Shown: positions 9,219-18,319 of the stretch, one piece after another
How the letters are laid out: each line of letters begins with the position of its first letter
Numbering within the stretch: the first letter of the stretch is position 1
Assembly: GCA_047974565.1 (NCBI GenBank)
Contig: JBKECN010000057.1
Span: forward strand, 49,560 to 113,559
Length of the DNA stretch: 64,000 nt
DNA from: Actinomycetales bacterium
GTDB taxonomy: Bacteria > Actinomycetota > Actinomycetes > Actinomycetales > CAWJMD01
Reading direction: 5' to 3'
The notes under the pieces: generated by a model
The model's database searches: none
What the model saw: the letters and a program-made list of their open reading frames with translations, nothing else
What the model was told of the DNA's origin: nothing
Program-made: the position numbers and the translations under genes

Positions 9219-10088
9219 TCAGGCGGCGGTGGGCAGCAAGGCGGGTACCACCCGCAGCTCCTGCGTGCAGCACTTCACCGACCCGCCGCCCTTGAGCAGT
9301 TCGGCCAGGTCGATTCCGACCGGGGTGTACCCGCGGCGGCTGAGCTGCTCGGCGAAACCGGTGGCGGCCGAGGGCAGCATGACGTGCAGGCCGTCGCTGA
9401 CGGCGTTGAGGCCAAGCACGAGAGCGTCACGCTCGTCGACCTCGATCGCGTGTGGGAACAGCCGGCGTACCGTTGCCTGGCTGCCGGCGGAGAAAGCGCC
9501 CGGGTACCAAGCGATCTCGGCCGCTCCCGGGGTGTCGTCCAAGACCGTCAGGGCCACGTCGAGGTGGTAGAAGCGCGGGTCGATCAGGCGCAGCCCGATC
9601 ACCGGCAGATCGATCAGGTCGGCCAGTTCGCGGTGCCCGCGGGGGTCGGTGCGAAAGCCGTGGCCGGCCAGCACCACGTCACCGGCGACGGCGAAGTCAC
9701 CCTCGGCCTCATTGATGTAGGTCGGCCGGGCGATCCGGCGCCAGCCCAGTTCGGTGGAGTGGCTCTGGTGCCAGTTGTGGTGATGGTCGGCCTCAGCGGC
9801 CCGCTCGGGGTTGGCGAAGCGAGCCGTCAGGACGGTGCCGTCCACCACCGTGGAACCGTTGGCCGCGAAGACCATGTCCGGCAGGCCCGGCTGGGGGTCC
9901 AGGACGTCCACCTGGTGACCCAGGCTGCGGTAGGTCTCGACCAGCCGCTCCCATTGCGCCAGGGCCCGATCACGCTGCACCGGCACCGAGGCGTCCATCC
10001 ACGGATTGATCTCGTAGACGACGTCGAAGTGCTCCGGCGGACACATCAGGTACCGCCGGTGTGACGGTTCGCGACGAACGGTAGGCAT
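9219..10088 (-). CDS. amidinotransferase/DDAH-family (guanidino-group modifying) enzyme
   Basis: Contains CPPEHFDVVYEINPWM, FYHLDVAL and a C-terminal GGGSVKCCTQEL (catalytic Cys region). ATG verified at 10088; 10046 is an alternative. The track ORF 9219..10493 is over-extended. Confidence 0.75.
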   Translation of the reverse strand: MPTVRREPSHRRYLMCPPEHFDVVYEINPWMDASVPVQRDRALAQWERLVETYRSLGHQVDVLDPQPGLPDMVFAANGSTVVDGTVLTARFANPERAAEADHHHNWHQSHSTELGWRRIARPTYINEAEGDFAVAGDVVLAGHGFRTDPRGHRELADLIDLPVIGLRLIDPRFYHLDVALTVLDDTPGAAEIAWYPGAFSAGSQATVRRLFPHAIEVDERDALVLGLNAVSDGLHVMLPSAATGFAEQLSRRGYTPVGIDLAELLKGGGSVKCCTQELRVVPALLPTAA

Positions 10089-10134
10089 CCAAGAACGGTA
10101 AGGTCGCCTCGATGTACCGATCAATGTCGAAACC

Positions 10135-10581
10135 ATGCAAAGGAGCGGTGAATCGTTGCTTATCGAGGGAACGGACCAGCGAATCATTGCAATCCTGACC
10201 GATGATGCTCGGCGCAGCTTCCACGACATCGGCCGACAGGTGGGATTGAGCGCTCCCGCAGTCAAGCGTCGAGTCGACCGGCTGCGGCAGCGGGGGGTGA
10301 TCAAAGGCTGGACGACGGTGGTGGACTCCGCCGCGATGGGCTGGGCGATCGAGGCCTTCGTGGAGGTGTTCTGCGAGGGGCGAGTGGCACCGTCGCGGAT
10401 CCGGGCCATGGTGGCGGACCTGCCGGAGGTGCTCGAGGCGTTCACCGTGACCGGCGACGCCGACGCCCTGCTGCACGTTCGCGCGGTGGACATGGGCGAC
10501 TTCGAGCGGGTGCTGGAACTGGTGCGCGATCACGACGGGATCGCCAAGACCCGCTCCACCATGGTGCTCACCCGGCTGTGA
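10135..10581 (+). CDS. Lrp/AsnC-family transcriptional regulator
   Basis: Contains DQRIIAILTDDARRSFHDIGRQVGLSAPAVKRRVDRLRQRGVI plus a RAM-like C-terminus. Divergent from the DDAH-like gene. An in-frame TTG at 10156, 10 nt after aaggag, is an alternative start. Confidence 0.85.
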   Translation: MQRSGESLLIEGTDQRIIAILTDDARRSFHDIGRQVGLSAPAVKRRVDRLRQRGVIKGWTTVVDSAAMGWAIEAFVEVFCEGRVAPSRIRAMVADLPEVLEAFTVTGDADALLHVRAVDMGDFERVLELVRDHDGIAKTRSTMVLTRL

Positions 10582-10677
10582 ACTGCTCGTGCAAGCCTGC
10601 CGTACGCACCCGGGCAGAGCGTGTGAAGCCGCCGTTCGGCTCCCAGCCTGAGTGTGCTCCGATCCGCGGATCGGCGG

Positions 10678-12489
10678 TCAGGCGGGGTCGTCCACGTCGA
10701 CCCCGTGGAGCCGCGCCAAGCCCGCCAGGCCCATCTCGTGGCCTTGCCCGACGACCCTGAGCCGCCACCGACCACCGCGGCGGTAGATGGTCGCCAGGTG
10801 CAGGCTCTGCTCGGTCGTGGCGGCGTCCAGAGTGGCTCGGGCGAAGATCGCTCCGGCAGCGTCGCTGACAGAAAGTTCGACAGCACCCACATCGGCAAAG
10901 GTGTGTCCGTCCGGCAGACAGGCCCAGACCAGGAGCCGGTCGTCGGTGTCATCCAGGCAATCCATCTCGATGGACAACATCGCCTCTGCCTGAGTGCTGG
11001 AATCGAGGAAGAGCGCCCCGTCGTCGGTGCCGGGCTGGTTGTAGAAGACGAAATCCTCGTCCACCCGGACCTTCTCATCCGAACCGCATCGGAAGGCAAC
11101 CACGTCCACGTCGCGCTGCGCGGTCTGCTGGCTCTGCAGCCAGGAGGTCACCAACTGCCAGGAGGCCACCTCCTCCGGCAGATCGACCACCTGCCCGCGA
11201 ACCAGTGTCGTGTGGTCGGCCACAGCCGAGCCGAGGACAGCCGCCACGGCGCCGGCCGGAGCGGCGAGCGATTCCAGCGTGGTCGGGTCCAGCCAGGTGA
11301 GCCCGGCTTCGAGTACCCGCGGCCAGCGCGCATCGCGATCCGCTCCGTGCAGGGCCACGACGTCGGTAACGGTCTGGGTGAGCATGACGCGTGGAGCGCC
11401 GCCGCGCTCGCCTATCCGCTCACGCACCTGGGCCGCCTCACCGTGCAGACCACCGAGAACGAGCACGCGACGGCCGGCCATCGGGCCCGTGCGCCGCGCG
11501 ACCGGCTTGGCGGCGACGGCCGGTCCAGTGCTGCTCTGCTCCTGCCTCGTCCCGGGCAGAATCGATCCGAGCAGAGCCAGAAACTCCTCCTCATCGACCA
11601 CGGGTGTGCCGTGCTTGTCAGCTGCCCGCAACTTCCCGCTACCTGAGTCGGGGTCATTGGACACGAGCAGACTCGTCCTGCCCGAAACGCTGTTCATCGC
11701 GGACAGACCGGCGGCATAGCCTCGATCGAGGATGGTGTGGCGTGGCAACTCGGTCTCACCTGTGACCACGAAAGCCATGCCCTGAACCAGATTCGTGCCT
11801 GACCGCCAACGGCCTGGGTTGGCATACGGCGAAACTTGGGAGCGACGAGTATGCCGCGGCCGCCCCGCCAGAGCGCAGGTCGCCAACGGAAGCGTGATCG
11901 CGAAGGTGTACGAATCGCTCAGCAGATGCCGCAGCACCTCCACCAGGGCGTCGGCATCCCCTTCGGCGTCGTGGTACCGCCACTGGGCAACCCCGAAGAA
12001 GCCGGCCACAGTAGCCAACCCGTAATCCTCGAGCGGAAGGTCCAGACGGCGGGCCAGGTCCCGGGTGCACAGCCGGTTGTTGACCGGGACCCGTTGACCC
12101 AGCCGGTCGAACTCCGCCTCCAGCATCTCGAAGTCGAAGCGTGCGTTGTGAGCCACGAGAACCCGGTCGCTGAGCAGTTCACCGATCTGCTGGGCAACAT
12201 CGACGAACGTCGGTGCGCCCACCAGCCGATCCGGGGTAATGCCGTGGATCTCGACGGGCCCCGGATGACACTGCGGGTCCACCAGGGTGGACCACCGGTC
12301 GGTGACGGTGCCATCGGCCGTCATCCGCCTGATCGCTACTTGGACCACCCGATCGCGACCTGGCACCAGGCCGGTGGTCTCACAGTCGACGACCGCATAG
12401 TCCAGCGGAAACGCCGTCGCGACCGGCACACCAAGTGGGCCCCCATGCGTGAAAAGCACAACCATCCCCCCTCGACCCGAGCCTGCCAC
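10678..12489 (-). CDS. DEDDh 3'-5' exonuclease (DnaQ-like) fused to two BRCT-like domains and a C-terminal TerD domain
   Basis: Exonuclease motifs are VVDCETTG, HNARFDFEML and HDAEGDA. The BRCT-like segments are GMAFVVTGE..LLVSND and GRRVLVLGG. TerD-like segments are DVDVVAFRC..DEDFVFYNQPGTDDGALFL and ATIYRRGGRWRLRVVGQG. Start is GTG 12489 or ATG 12465. Confidence 0.8.
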   Translation of the reverse strand: MAGSGRGGMVVLFTHGGPLGVPVATAFPLDYAVVDCETTGLVPGRDRVVQVAIRRMTADGTVTDRWSTLVDPQCHPGPVEIHGITPDRLVGAPTFVDVAQQIGELLSDRVLVAHNARFDFEMLEAEFDRLGQRVPVNNRLCTRDLARRLDLPLEDYGLATVAGFFGVAQWRYHDAEGDADALVEVLRHLLSDSYTFAITLPLATCALAGRPRHTRRSQVSPYANPGRWRSGTNLVQGMAFVVTGETELPRHTILDRGYAAGLSAMNSVSGRTSLLVSNDPDSGSGKLRAADKHGTPVVDEEEFLALLGSILPGTRQEQSSTGPAVAAKPVARRTGPMAGRRVLVLGGLHGEAAQVRERIGERGGAPRVMLTQTVTDVVALHGADRDARWPRVLEAGLTWLDPTTLESLAAPAGAVAAVLGSAVADHTTLVRGQVVDLPEEVASWQLVTSWLQSQQTAQRDVDVVAFRCGSDEKVRVDEDFVFYNQPGTDDGALFLDSSTQAEAMLSIEMDCLDDTDDRLLVWACLPDGHTFADVGAVELSVSDAAGAIFARATLDAATTEQSLHLATIYRRGGRWRLRVVGQGHEMGLAGLARLHGVDVDDPA

Positions 12490-12695
12490 CCCCCTGCGGG
12501 AAGCGACCCAGCACAGCGCAGCCTACGGGCCGGATGGCCGCCCATAGGGGAGAACCAGAACTTTCGTGACTTACGGCTAGCGCGCTCCGCGCGCCGACCC
12601 AGGCCAGTGAACACTTCTAAGTCCCACAGACCCAAAAGTGTTCAGTGGAGCCGGAGAGGGAGTGACACCCCGGGCCGATCACCTCGCAGCCAGGC

Positions 12696-14510
12696 TCAGC
12701 CGCGTTTGATCAGGTCCACCGGGCGAGGGGCCTGGGCACGCATCCACTGCTCCGGGCCTGTGGCGGACCGGGCCAGGCGGGCGCGGTTCGCCTGGTCCAT
12801 CAGCAGCCGGCCGGCGATCTCCTGGTCCAGGTGCGCAGCGACCGGGCGCACCGGGCCGGGGGTGGAGTGCACCACCATGCTCGCCAGCTTGAGCCTGCGC
12901 TGCACCGGCCCCTGGGTCAGGCCCAGGCTCTGGGTACGCGCGTGTGGCACGATCGCCAACCGCCGGGTGAGCCGTCCCGAGCGCAATAGCAATGCGGTGG
13001 TGGTGACCGCGAAGCCGTTGCGCCGCCAACTGATCGGGTCCAACCACACCGAGCGTGGTGGCGCCCCGACGAAGGACGGCCCAGCGTCGGAGGCGACCGG
13101 CCAGGCCGGCCCGTCCCAGCCGATGCCCTGGTCGAGCAGGGCGACCGGGTGCCGCGTGCCCAGATCGGGTAGCACTTGGGCCAGCAGCAGATAGGCCTCG
13201 TCCCGGGTCGCGGCCGGCATCAGCACCGTCGACTCGTTTCCGGGGCCACCACCGCCGACGCCGTAGCCGGCGACATTGACCCGAACCAGCCACCAGCCCC
13301 TTGCCCGCCAGAGCAGCGGCTGCCTCAGTTGCACGGCCTGCACCCGGCCGGGCGGGACGGTCTGGGTGCGGGTCTCGAGCAGTCCGTGACGCAGCCGCAG
13401 ACCGTCCGGGGACACCGCCACGGTGAAGTTGAAACCACGCGAGAAGCGCGCCCACACCGTGGACGCCGAGGCCAGCACGATCGGGATCGCGGTGAAGATC
13501 GCCCCGGGAGCGAAGACCACGGCCACCGCGACACCGACGAGCATCAGCACCGCGATGATCGTGTCCGAGTTCAGGAGCAGCGAGCCGATCAATCGGCCCG
13601 GGCTCAGAGCCATCAGTTGCCGCTCGGGCGCCGCCGGCGCCTCAGACCCGGTGTAGTCCACCCCGGCGGCCTGGGCCAGCAGCACATTGCGCAGCCTCTC
13701 GGCGTCGACGTCCTTGAGGTACTGCAGCCGGATGTCCGAGCCCGCGCCCCCGGCGACCTCGAGGCGCAACTCGCTGAGCCCGAAGATCCGGCCCAGCAGA
13801 GGCTGGACGACGTCCACCGCCTGCAGCCGATCGAGCCGGGCATGTCGTTGCTGGCGGAACAGGATGCCGACCTCGTGCTCGAGCGAGCCGTTGCGCACCC
13901 GGTACCTGGTCTTGCGCCAGGACAAGGTGGCCCAGCCGCCGATCGCCGTGAGGACGATGAGGACCCCGATCGCGAGGACGATGATGTTGTTGAAAGTGCC
14001 CAGGCTTGGGAAGATCTCGACCCAGACCTGACCCGAGCGCATCGCCTCGGCCATGGCGCGCAACTGGGAGTAGTTCTGTTGGGTGAAGATGGCCAGCGCG
14101 GCGACGATGATCTTCCAGGAGCGCAGGAAGGGCGTGACCCGGTGCAGCCGGTGCCAGCCCTCGGCGTCGGTGACGCCGGGCAGGTTGCTGGTATCGGGAT
14201 CTGCGGGTGGCTCGGGGTTCTGGCCGGCTGGCTCGCCGAGCGCGGGGTGCCTGACGAGCGCGGTGGATGACGAACGATCAGGCCCCTGGGATCCGTGCTC
14301 GGTTGCTGGGTTCGGAGTAGGTGGCGCCCATCCGGGCTGACTCGACGGGCCGGGTGATGACAGCAGGCCGGGAGATTGCGGTGGGCCGGGATCAGGCCGG
14401 TGGGCCGCTGGAGGAGGTGCCTGCTCGGGAGAGGTTTGGCGAGCAGGCTGGTGCGCGGGCGGCGACCCGCCCGGGTTGCCGGCGGGATCTGGCATCGAAT
14501 CGGGTGTCAC
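12696..14510 (-). CDS. YdbT-like membrane protein with tandem bacterial PH (bPH_2) domains and a Pro-rich N-terminus
   Basis: C-terminal about 600 aa of track ORF 12696..15419, whose remainder overlaps the upstream gene. TM pairs alternate with PH-like segments (YRVRNGSLEHEVGILFRQ.., LRLRHGLLETRTQTV.., LLLRSGRLTRRLAIV..). Start is GTG 14510 or ATG 14495; both codons were verified. Confidence 0.7.
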   Translation of the reverse strand: MTPDSMPDPAGNPGGSPPAHQPARQTSPEQAPPPAAHRPDPGPPQSPGLLSSPGPSSQPGWAPPTPNPATEHGSQGPDRSSSTALVRHPALGEPAGQNPEPPADPDTSNLPGVTDAEGWHRLHRVTPFLRSWKIIVAALAIFTQQNYSQLRAMAEAMRSGQVWVEIFPSLGTFNNIIVLAIGVLIVLTAIGGWATLSWRKTRYRVRNGSLEHEVGILFRQQRHARLDRLQAVDVVQPLLGRIFGLSELRLEVAGGAGSDIRLQYLKDVDAERLRNVLLAQAAGVDYTGSEAPAAPERQLMALSPGRLIGSLLLNSDTIIAVLMLVGVAVAVVFAPGAIFTAIPIVLASASTVWARFSRGFNFTVAVSPDGLRLRHGLLETRTQTVPPGRVQAVQLRQPLLWRARGWWLVRVNVAGYGVGGGGPGNESTVLMPAATRDEAYLLLAQVLPDLGTRHPVALLDQGIGWDGPAWPVASDAGPSFVGAPPRSVWLDPISWRRNGFAVTTTALLLRSGRLTRRLAIVPHARTQSLGLTQGPVQRRLKLASMVVHSTPGPVRPVAAHLDQEIAGRLLMDQANRARLARSATGPEQWMRAQAPRPVDLIKRG

Positions 14511-14521
14511 GGGGCCGACGC

Positions 14522-15031
14522 TCACAGCCCGGCCAGCTGGGACTCCCCGCGGGAGGCGAGCCGGTCGCGGAGTCGGGCGGCCTCGGCCTGCGGTAGCCCG
14601 GGAATGTATGCATCCGACCCGGCCGATGCGGTGTGCAACTGCACCTGCGCCAACCCGATGGCCCGGTCCAGCGGCCCGGCCTTGACGTCCACATACTGCA
14701 TTCGGCCGTAGGGAACCACCACCATGGAACGGAACAGCAGGCCGTGCTTGATGAGCAGGTCGTCGTCGCGCTCGGCGTAGCCCCAGGCGCGCACGCGGCG
14801 CGCGATCAGCGCCAGATTGACCAGGCCGAGGACGAGCCAGGCGGCGGCCCCGGCCCAGACCCATCCCCACTCCCCCAGCCAGGCCACCACACACCAGATA
14901 GTCGTGGTGATCGCCAGGGCGATGCCACTGCCGGTCATCCGCACGATTGCCAGGCGTGGGGAGACTGCGCTCCAGACCACCCCGTCGGGTTGGAACGGGT
15001 CGCTCGACCCTGCCGATGCGTGCGTACTCAC
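14522..15031 (-). CDS. YdbS-like PH-domain (bPH_2) membrane protein
   Basis: Two TM helices followed by [49 protein letters not shown]. Sits directly upstream of the YdbT-like gene. Confidence 0.75.
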   Translation of the reverse strand: MSTHASAGSSDPFQPDGVVWSAVSPRLAIVRMTGSGIALAITTTIWCVVAWLGEWGWVWAGAAAWLVLGLVNLALIARRVRAWGYAERDDDLLIKHGLLFRSMVVVPYGRMQYVDVKAGPLDRAIGLAQVQLHTASAGSDAYIPGLPQAEAARLRDRLASRGESQLAGL

Positions 15032-15234
15032 CCTTCGATAGTGCCATTGATCCAGGCGAGCGATGGCCCAGGTCGGCCAGTCGCCGCCGGAGCCACCGAG
15101 CGGGCGGACGCTGCCTGCGGGGAGCCCGGCACGTGAAAGCCCCTCCGGGAGCCTGCCCAGCAGCGGACGCTGTGACTCGGCCTGACCCGGCCACGATCCG
15201 GGATCGGCCAGAGGGACGTGGCAGACTCGTCCGG

Positions 15235-16413
15235 GTGAGCGACGACACCCTCATGGTCGGTCTCGGGGCCGGGGCGCTGGCGTCCGACCGGGACCTGCCC
15301 ACCACCGAGATGGTGCTCAACATCGGTCCCCAGCACCCGGCCACGCACGGGGTTTTGAGGTTGCGGCTGCGCCTGGACGGCGAACGCATCGTCGCCGCAG
15401 AGCCGGTGGTTGGGTACATGCACCGGGGCGCGGAGAAGCTCTTCGAGGCCCGCGACTACCGGCAGATCATCGTGCTGGCCAATCGACACGACTGGCTGTC
15501 TGCCTTCTCCAACGAACTCGGCGTGGTGCTCGGAGCAGAGCACCTGCTGGCGATGGAGGTGCCCGAACGGGCCACCTGGGCGCGCACCTTGCTCGCCGAG
15601 CTCAACCGGGTGCTCTCGCACCTGATGTTCCTGGGCTCGTACCCCCTCGAACTCGGCGGGATCACCCCGATCTTCTACGCCTTCACCGGCCGCGAGCAGT
15701 TGCAGGCGGTGATGGAGGAGATCTCCGGTGGACGGATGCACTTCATGTTCAACCGAGTCGGCGGCCTCAAGGACGACCTGCCACTGGGCTGGCTGGACCG
15801 GGTGGATGCCGCGGTGGCCCAGGTCCGTATCCAGCTCGACCGCCTCGACGAGTTGGTGATGGGCAACGAGATCGTCCATGCCCGCACCCGCGGGGTCGGC
15901 GTCCTGAGCCCGGAACAGGTCTCGGCCTTCGGTGTGTCCGGGCCGATCGCGCGGGCCAGCGGGGTCGATTTCGACCTGCGCCGCGACGAGCCCTACCTGG
16001 CGTACGGGGAGTTGTTCGGTCCGGACGGCCCCGGACGGGTGGCGATCCGCACCGAGGGCGACTGCCTGGCCCGGCTGCAGGTGCTGGCCGAACAGGCCAG
16101 GGTGAGCCTGGACCTAGCCCTGGCCTGCACGGCGCGATTGCGTGCGCTGCCGCCCGGACCGGTGAACGTGCGACTTCCCAAGGTGCTCAAACTCCCTGAG
16201 GGACACCGCTACACGTGGACCGAGAATCCGCTGGGGATCAACGGCTATTACCTGGTCTCGCGTGGGGAGAAGACGCCGTGGCGGCTCAAACTCCGTTCGG
16301 CCAGCTTCAACAACGTGCAGGTGCTCTCCGAACTGTTACCGGGGACCTTGGTGGCGGACATGGTCGCCATCCTGGGCTCGATGTTCTTCGTCGTCGGGGA
16401 CGTGGACAAGTAG
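15235..16413 (+). CDS. nuoD: NADH-quinone oxidoreductase subunit D-like protein (orphan; no other nuo genes in the window)
   Basis: Contains [37 protein letters not shown] and a C-terminal [17 protein letters not shown]. Start is GTG 15235 (verified) or ATG 15253. The track ORF 14947..16413 is over-extended. Confidence 0.8.
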   Translation: MSDDTLMVGLGAGALASDRDLPTTEMVLNIGPQHPATHGVLRLRLRLDGERIVAAEPVVGYMHRGAEKLFEARDYRQIIVLANRHDWLSAFSNELGVVLGAEHLLAMEVPERATWARTLLAELNRVLSHLMFLGSYPLELGGITPIFYAFTGREQLQAVMEEISGGRMHFMFNRVGGLKDDLPLGWLDRVDAAVAQVRIQLDRLDELVMGNEIVHARTRGVGVLSPEQVSAFGVSGPIARASGVDFDLRRDEPYLAYGELFGPDGPGRVAIRTEGDCLARLQVLAEQARVSLDLALACTARLRALPPGPVNVRLPKVLKLPEGHRYTWTENPLGINGYYLVSRGEKTPWRLKLRSASFNNVQVLSELLPGTLVADMVAILGSMFFVVGDVDK

Positions 16414-16445
16414 CCCGTCTGACCTGCCGGGTCCCTCGGCCCGGG

Positions 16446-17654
16446 CTACAGCGAGGCCGTCGGCCAGGTGGTGCGATGGTCGGCATGCAGCAGGATGAGA
16501 TCCGGGTCGTCGACGGTGGGATAGATCCACTCCGAATTGATCGACGACTTGAGCTTCTTGGCCTCGTCCCCGGTCTGGGAGACCGTCCGGTCCCAGCCGA
16601 GGGTGAGCACAGCGCCCGCCTCGCCCAGATCCAGGCACGTGACATACGGGTCCGGCGCGAACGGCACCAACGGGTGACCCAGCAGGTCGGAGGCGACGTT
16701 GACGCCGACGAACTTTCCCTGCGGCACCGCGTGCTGGCAACTCTGGGTCACTGTGTGGCCGGGCTCGGCCACAGCAGCGGCAGTGTCGCCGGCAGCGTAG
16801 ACGCCTGGCACTTGGGGCACCCGGAGGAACTCGTCCACGACCAAGCGACCGAGCCGATCCCGCTCGGCCGGGATCTGCTCGGTCAGGTGATTCGCCCGCA
16901 TCCCCGCCGTCCAGATGACGGTGGCCGCGTCGACTTCGGTGCCATCGCTGAAGATCGTGCGCGTGGGCTCGACCCGGTCGATGGTGGTGTTCAGCACCAC
17001 CTCGACACCGGTCTCTGCGAGCGCCTTGAGAATCTCCGGCCGCGGCCCGTCGCCCAGCTCCGGGCCGACCTCCGCGGCCAGGTCGACGAGCAGCACCCGC
17101 ACCGGATGCCCCGCCGAGAGTTCTGCGAGCCTGCCGGTCAACTCGGTCGCCACCTCGATGCCGGTGAAGCCTGCGCCGACCACGACGGCCGTCCAGGCAC
17201 CCGGCTTGTCCGGGTCGTCGGCCAATCGCTGCAGGTGGGAATGCAGGGCAGCCGCGGCGGGCAGGGTATCGACATCGAAGAGATGTTCCGCGCCCGGCAG
17301 CGTCGGCCGGATCAGCCTGCTTCCGGTTGCCAGGGCGAGCCGGTCGTAGTGCAGCGTGCGGGCCGCACCGTCCCGTTCCACCACGTCCACGGTGCCGGCG
17401 GCGGTGTCGATGCCCAGCGCCGTCGCGGCCACCCGGCGGACTCCGATCGGCCCCAGCACCCGGTCCAGGCTGACGCGCATGCGTGCCGGGTCCGATTCGT
17501 ACAGCCGTGGTCGGATCACCATGTCGTCTGCGGGGGCGACCAGGGTGACCCGAAAGGCATCGTCGGGCGCGCCGAGGATCTTTCGGGTTCGCACCGCACC
17601 GGCCGCCGCCCAGACGCCGGCGAATCCGCCGCCAAGGACCAGGACTTCTTTCAT
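16446..17654 (-). CDS. ndh: type II NADH dehydrogenase (NDH-2) / FAD-dependent pyridine nucleotide-disulfide oxidoreductase
   Basis: Contains MKEVLVLGGGFAGVWAA, VVVGAGFTGIEVA and VYAAGDTA. An RBS (gagggag) lies upstream of the verified ATG at 17654. Confidence 0.85.
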   Translation of the reverse strand: MKEVLVLGGGFAGVWAAAGAVRTRKILGAPDDAFRVTLVAPADDMVIRPRLYESDPARMRVSLDRVLGPIGVRRVAATALGIDTAAGTVDVVERDGAARTLHYDRLALATGSRLIRPTLPGAEHLFDVDTLPAAAALHSHLQRLADDPDKPGAWTAVVVGAGFTGIEVATELTGRLAELSAGHPVRVLLVDLAAEVGPELGDGPRPEILKALAETGVEVVLNTTIDRVEPTRTIFSDGTEVDAATVIWTAGMRANHLTEQIPAERDRLGRLVVDEFLRVPQVPGVYAAGDTAAAVAEPGHTVTQSCQHAVPQGKFVGVNVASDLLGHPLVPFAPDPYVTCLDLGEAGAVLTLGWDRTVSQTGDEAKKLKSSINSEWIYPTVDDPDLILLHADHRTTWPTASL

Positions 17655-17720
17655 GATGCTCCCTCGGATCGTTGACCAGCCGCGGCCCGCGGTTGCGGAC
17701 CGGAACTCGTGGAGGTGGGC

Positions 17721-18233
17721 TCACCTGGACCTGGACCTGGACGCGGACCCGGGATCGCGGTCGAACAGTCGACGGGCCACACCTGCCGCCTCCGGGGCGT
17801 GCTCATCGACGGTGCCGCGGATATCGGCGATGCTGTGCCGGGCCAGCACCTCGCGCCAGGCGGCGTCCGCCGACTGCATGACAGCGTTGATCGCACACGG
17901 CCCTTCGAAACACCGCGCAGGCAGGCTTTCGCCCATGCCGCGTCGCCGGATCTCGGAACACCTGAACGCGCCTTGAGATCCATCAATGGCCTCCGCGACG
18001 TCCAAGAGCGAGATCTGCTCGGGTGGGCGCGCCAAGGTGAAGCCACCGCGAGGGCCGGGCTGGGAGGTGAGTAGACCGGCCCGGCTCAGCGCCTGCAGGT
18101 GCTTGTTGAGATACGCGGCAGGCAGATCATGACTGGCGGCCAACTTGGCTGCGGGGACGGGCTCCTGATCGCCGAGCCAGGCGAGAGTCAGCAGGATGTG
18201 CAGGCCCCACTCGACGCCCTCGCTCAACTTCAT
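17721..18233 (-). CDS. Rrf2-family transcriptional regulator (three-Cys, possibly Fe-S/redox sensing)
   Basis: Contains MKLSEGVEWGLHILLTLAW..LPAAYLNKHLQALSRAGLLTS. The Cys residues occur in FRCSE..ARCFEGPCAI. ATG verified at 18233. Confidence 0.85.
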   Translation of the reverse strand: MKLSEGVEWGLHILLTLAWLGDQEPVPAAKLAASHDLPAAYLNKHLQALSRAGLLTSQPGPRGGFTLARPPEQISLLDVAEAIDGSQGAFRCSEIRRRGMGESLPARCFEGPCAINAVMQSADAAWREVLARHSIADIRGTVDEHAPEAAGVARRLFDRDPGSASRSRSR

Positions 18234-18238
18234 TGGGT

Positions 18239-18258
18239 TATCCTGGCTAATCAGGATA
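18239..18258. promoter_or_regulatory. candidate Rrf2 operator: inverted repeat TATCCTG-N6-CAGGATA
   Basis: Read directly. AT-rich palindrome 6 nt upstream of the Rrf2 start codon, overlapping its RBS region. Confidence 0.35.
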
Positions 18259-18319
18259 GTTACTGTCAAGGATTAGATGGCTGGTTCCCAGGGTGCGGTT
18301 GGTGGGGTCCTCGGCGCCT

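Noticed and set aside
12696-15419. Taking the longest ORF as the gene (907 aa here; likewise 627..1877, 1713..3542, 9219..10493, 14947..16413, 38191..39927, 50021..51058, 61968..63863)
   Set aside because: The N-terminal extensions overlap the neighbouring gene or the divergent promoter, are low-complexity, and have no family signal. Verified internal ATG/GTG codons, often with an RBS or a 4-nt overlap, give products of the expected family length.
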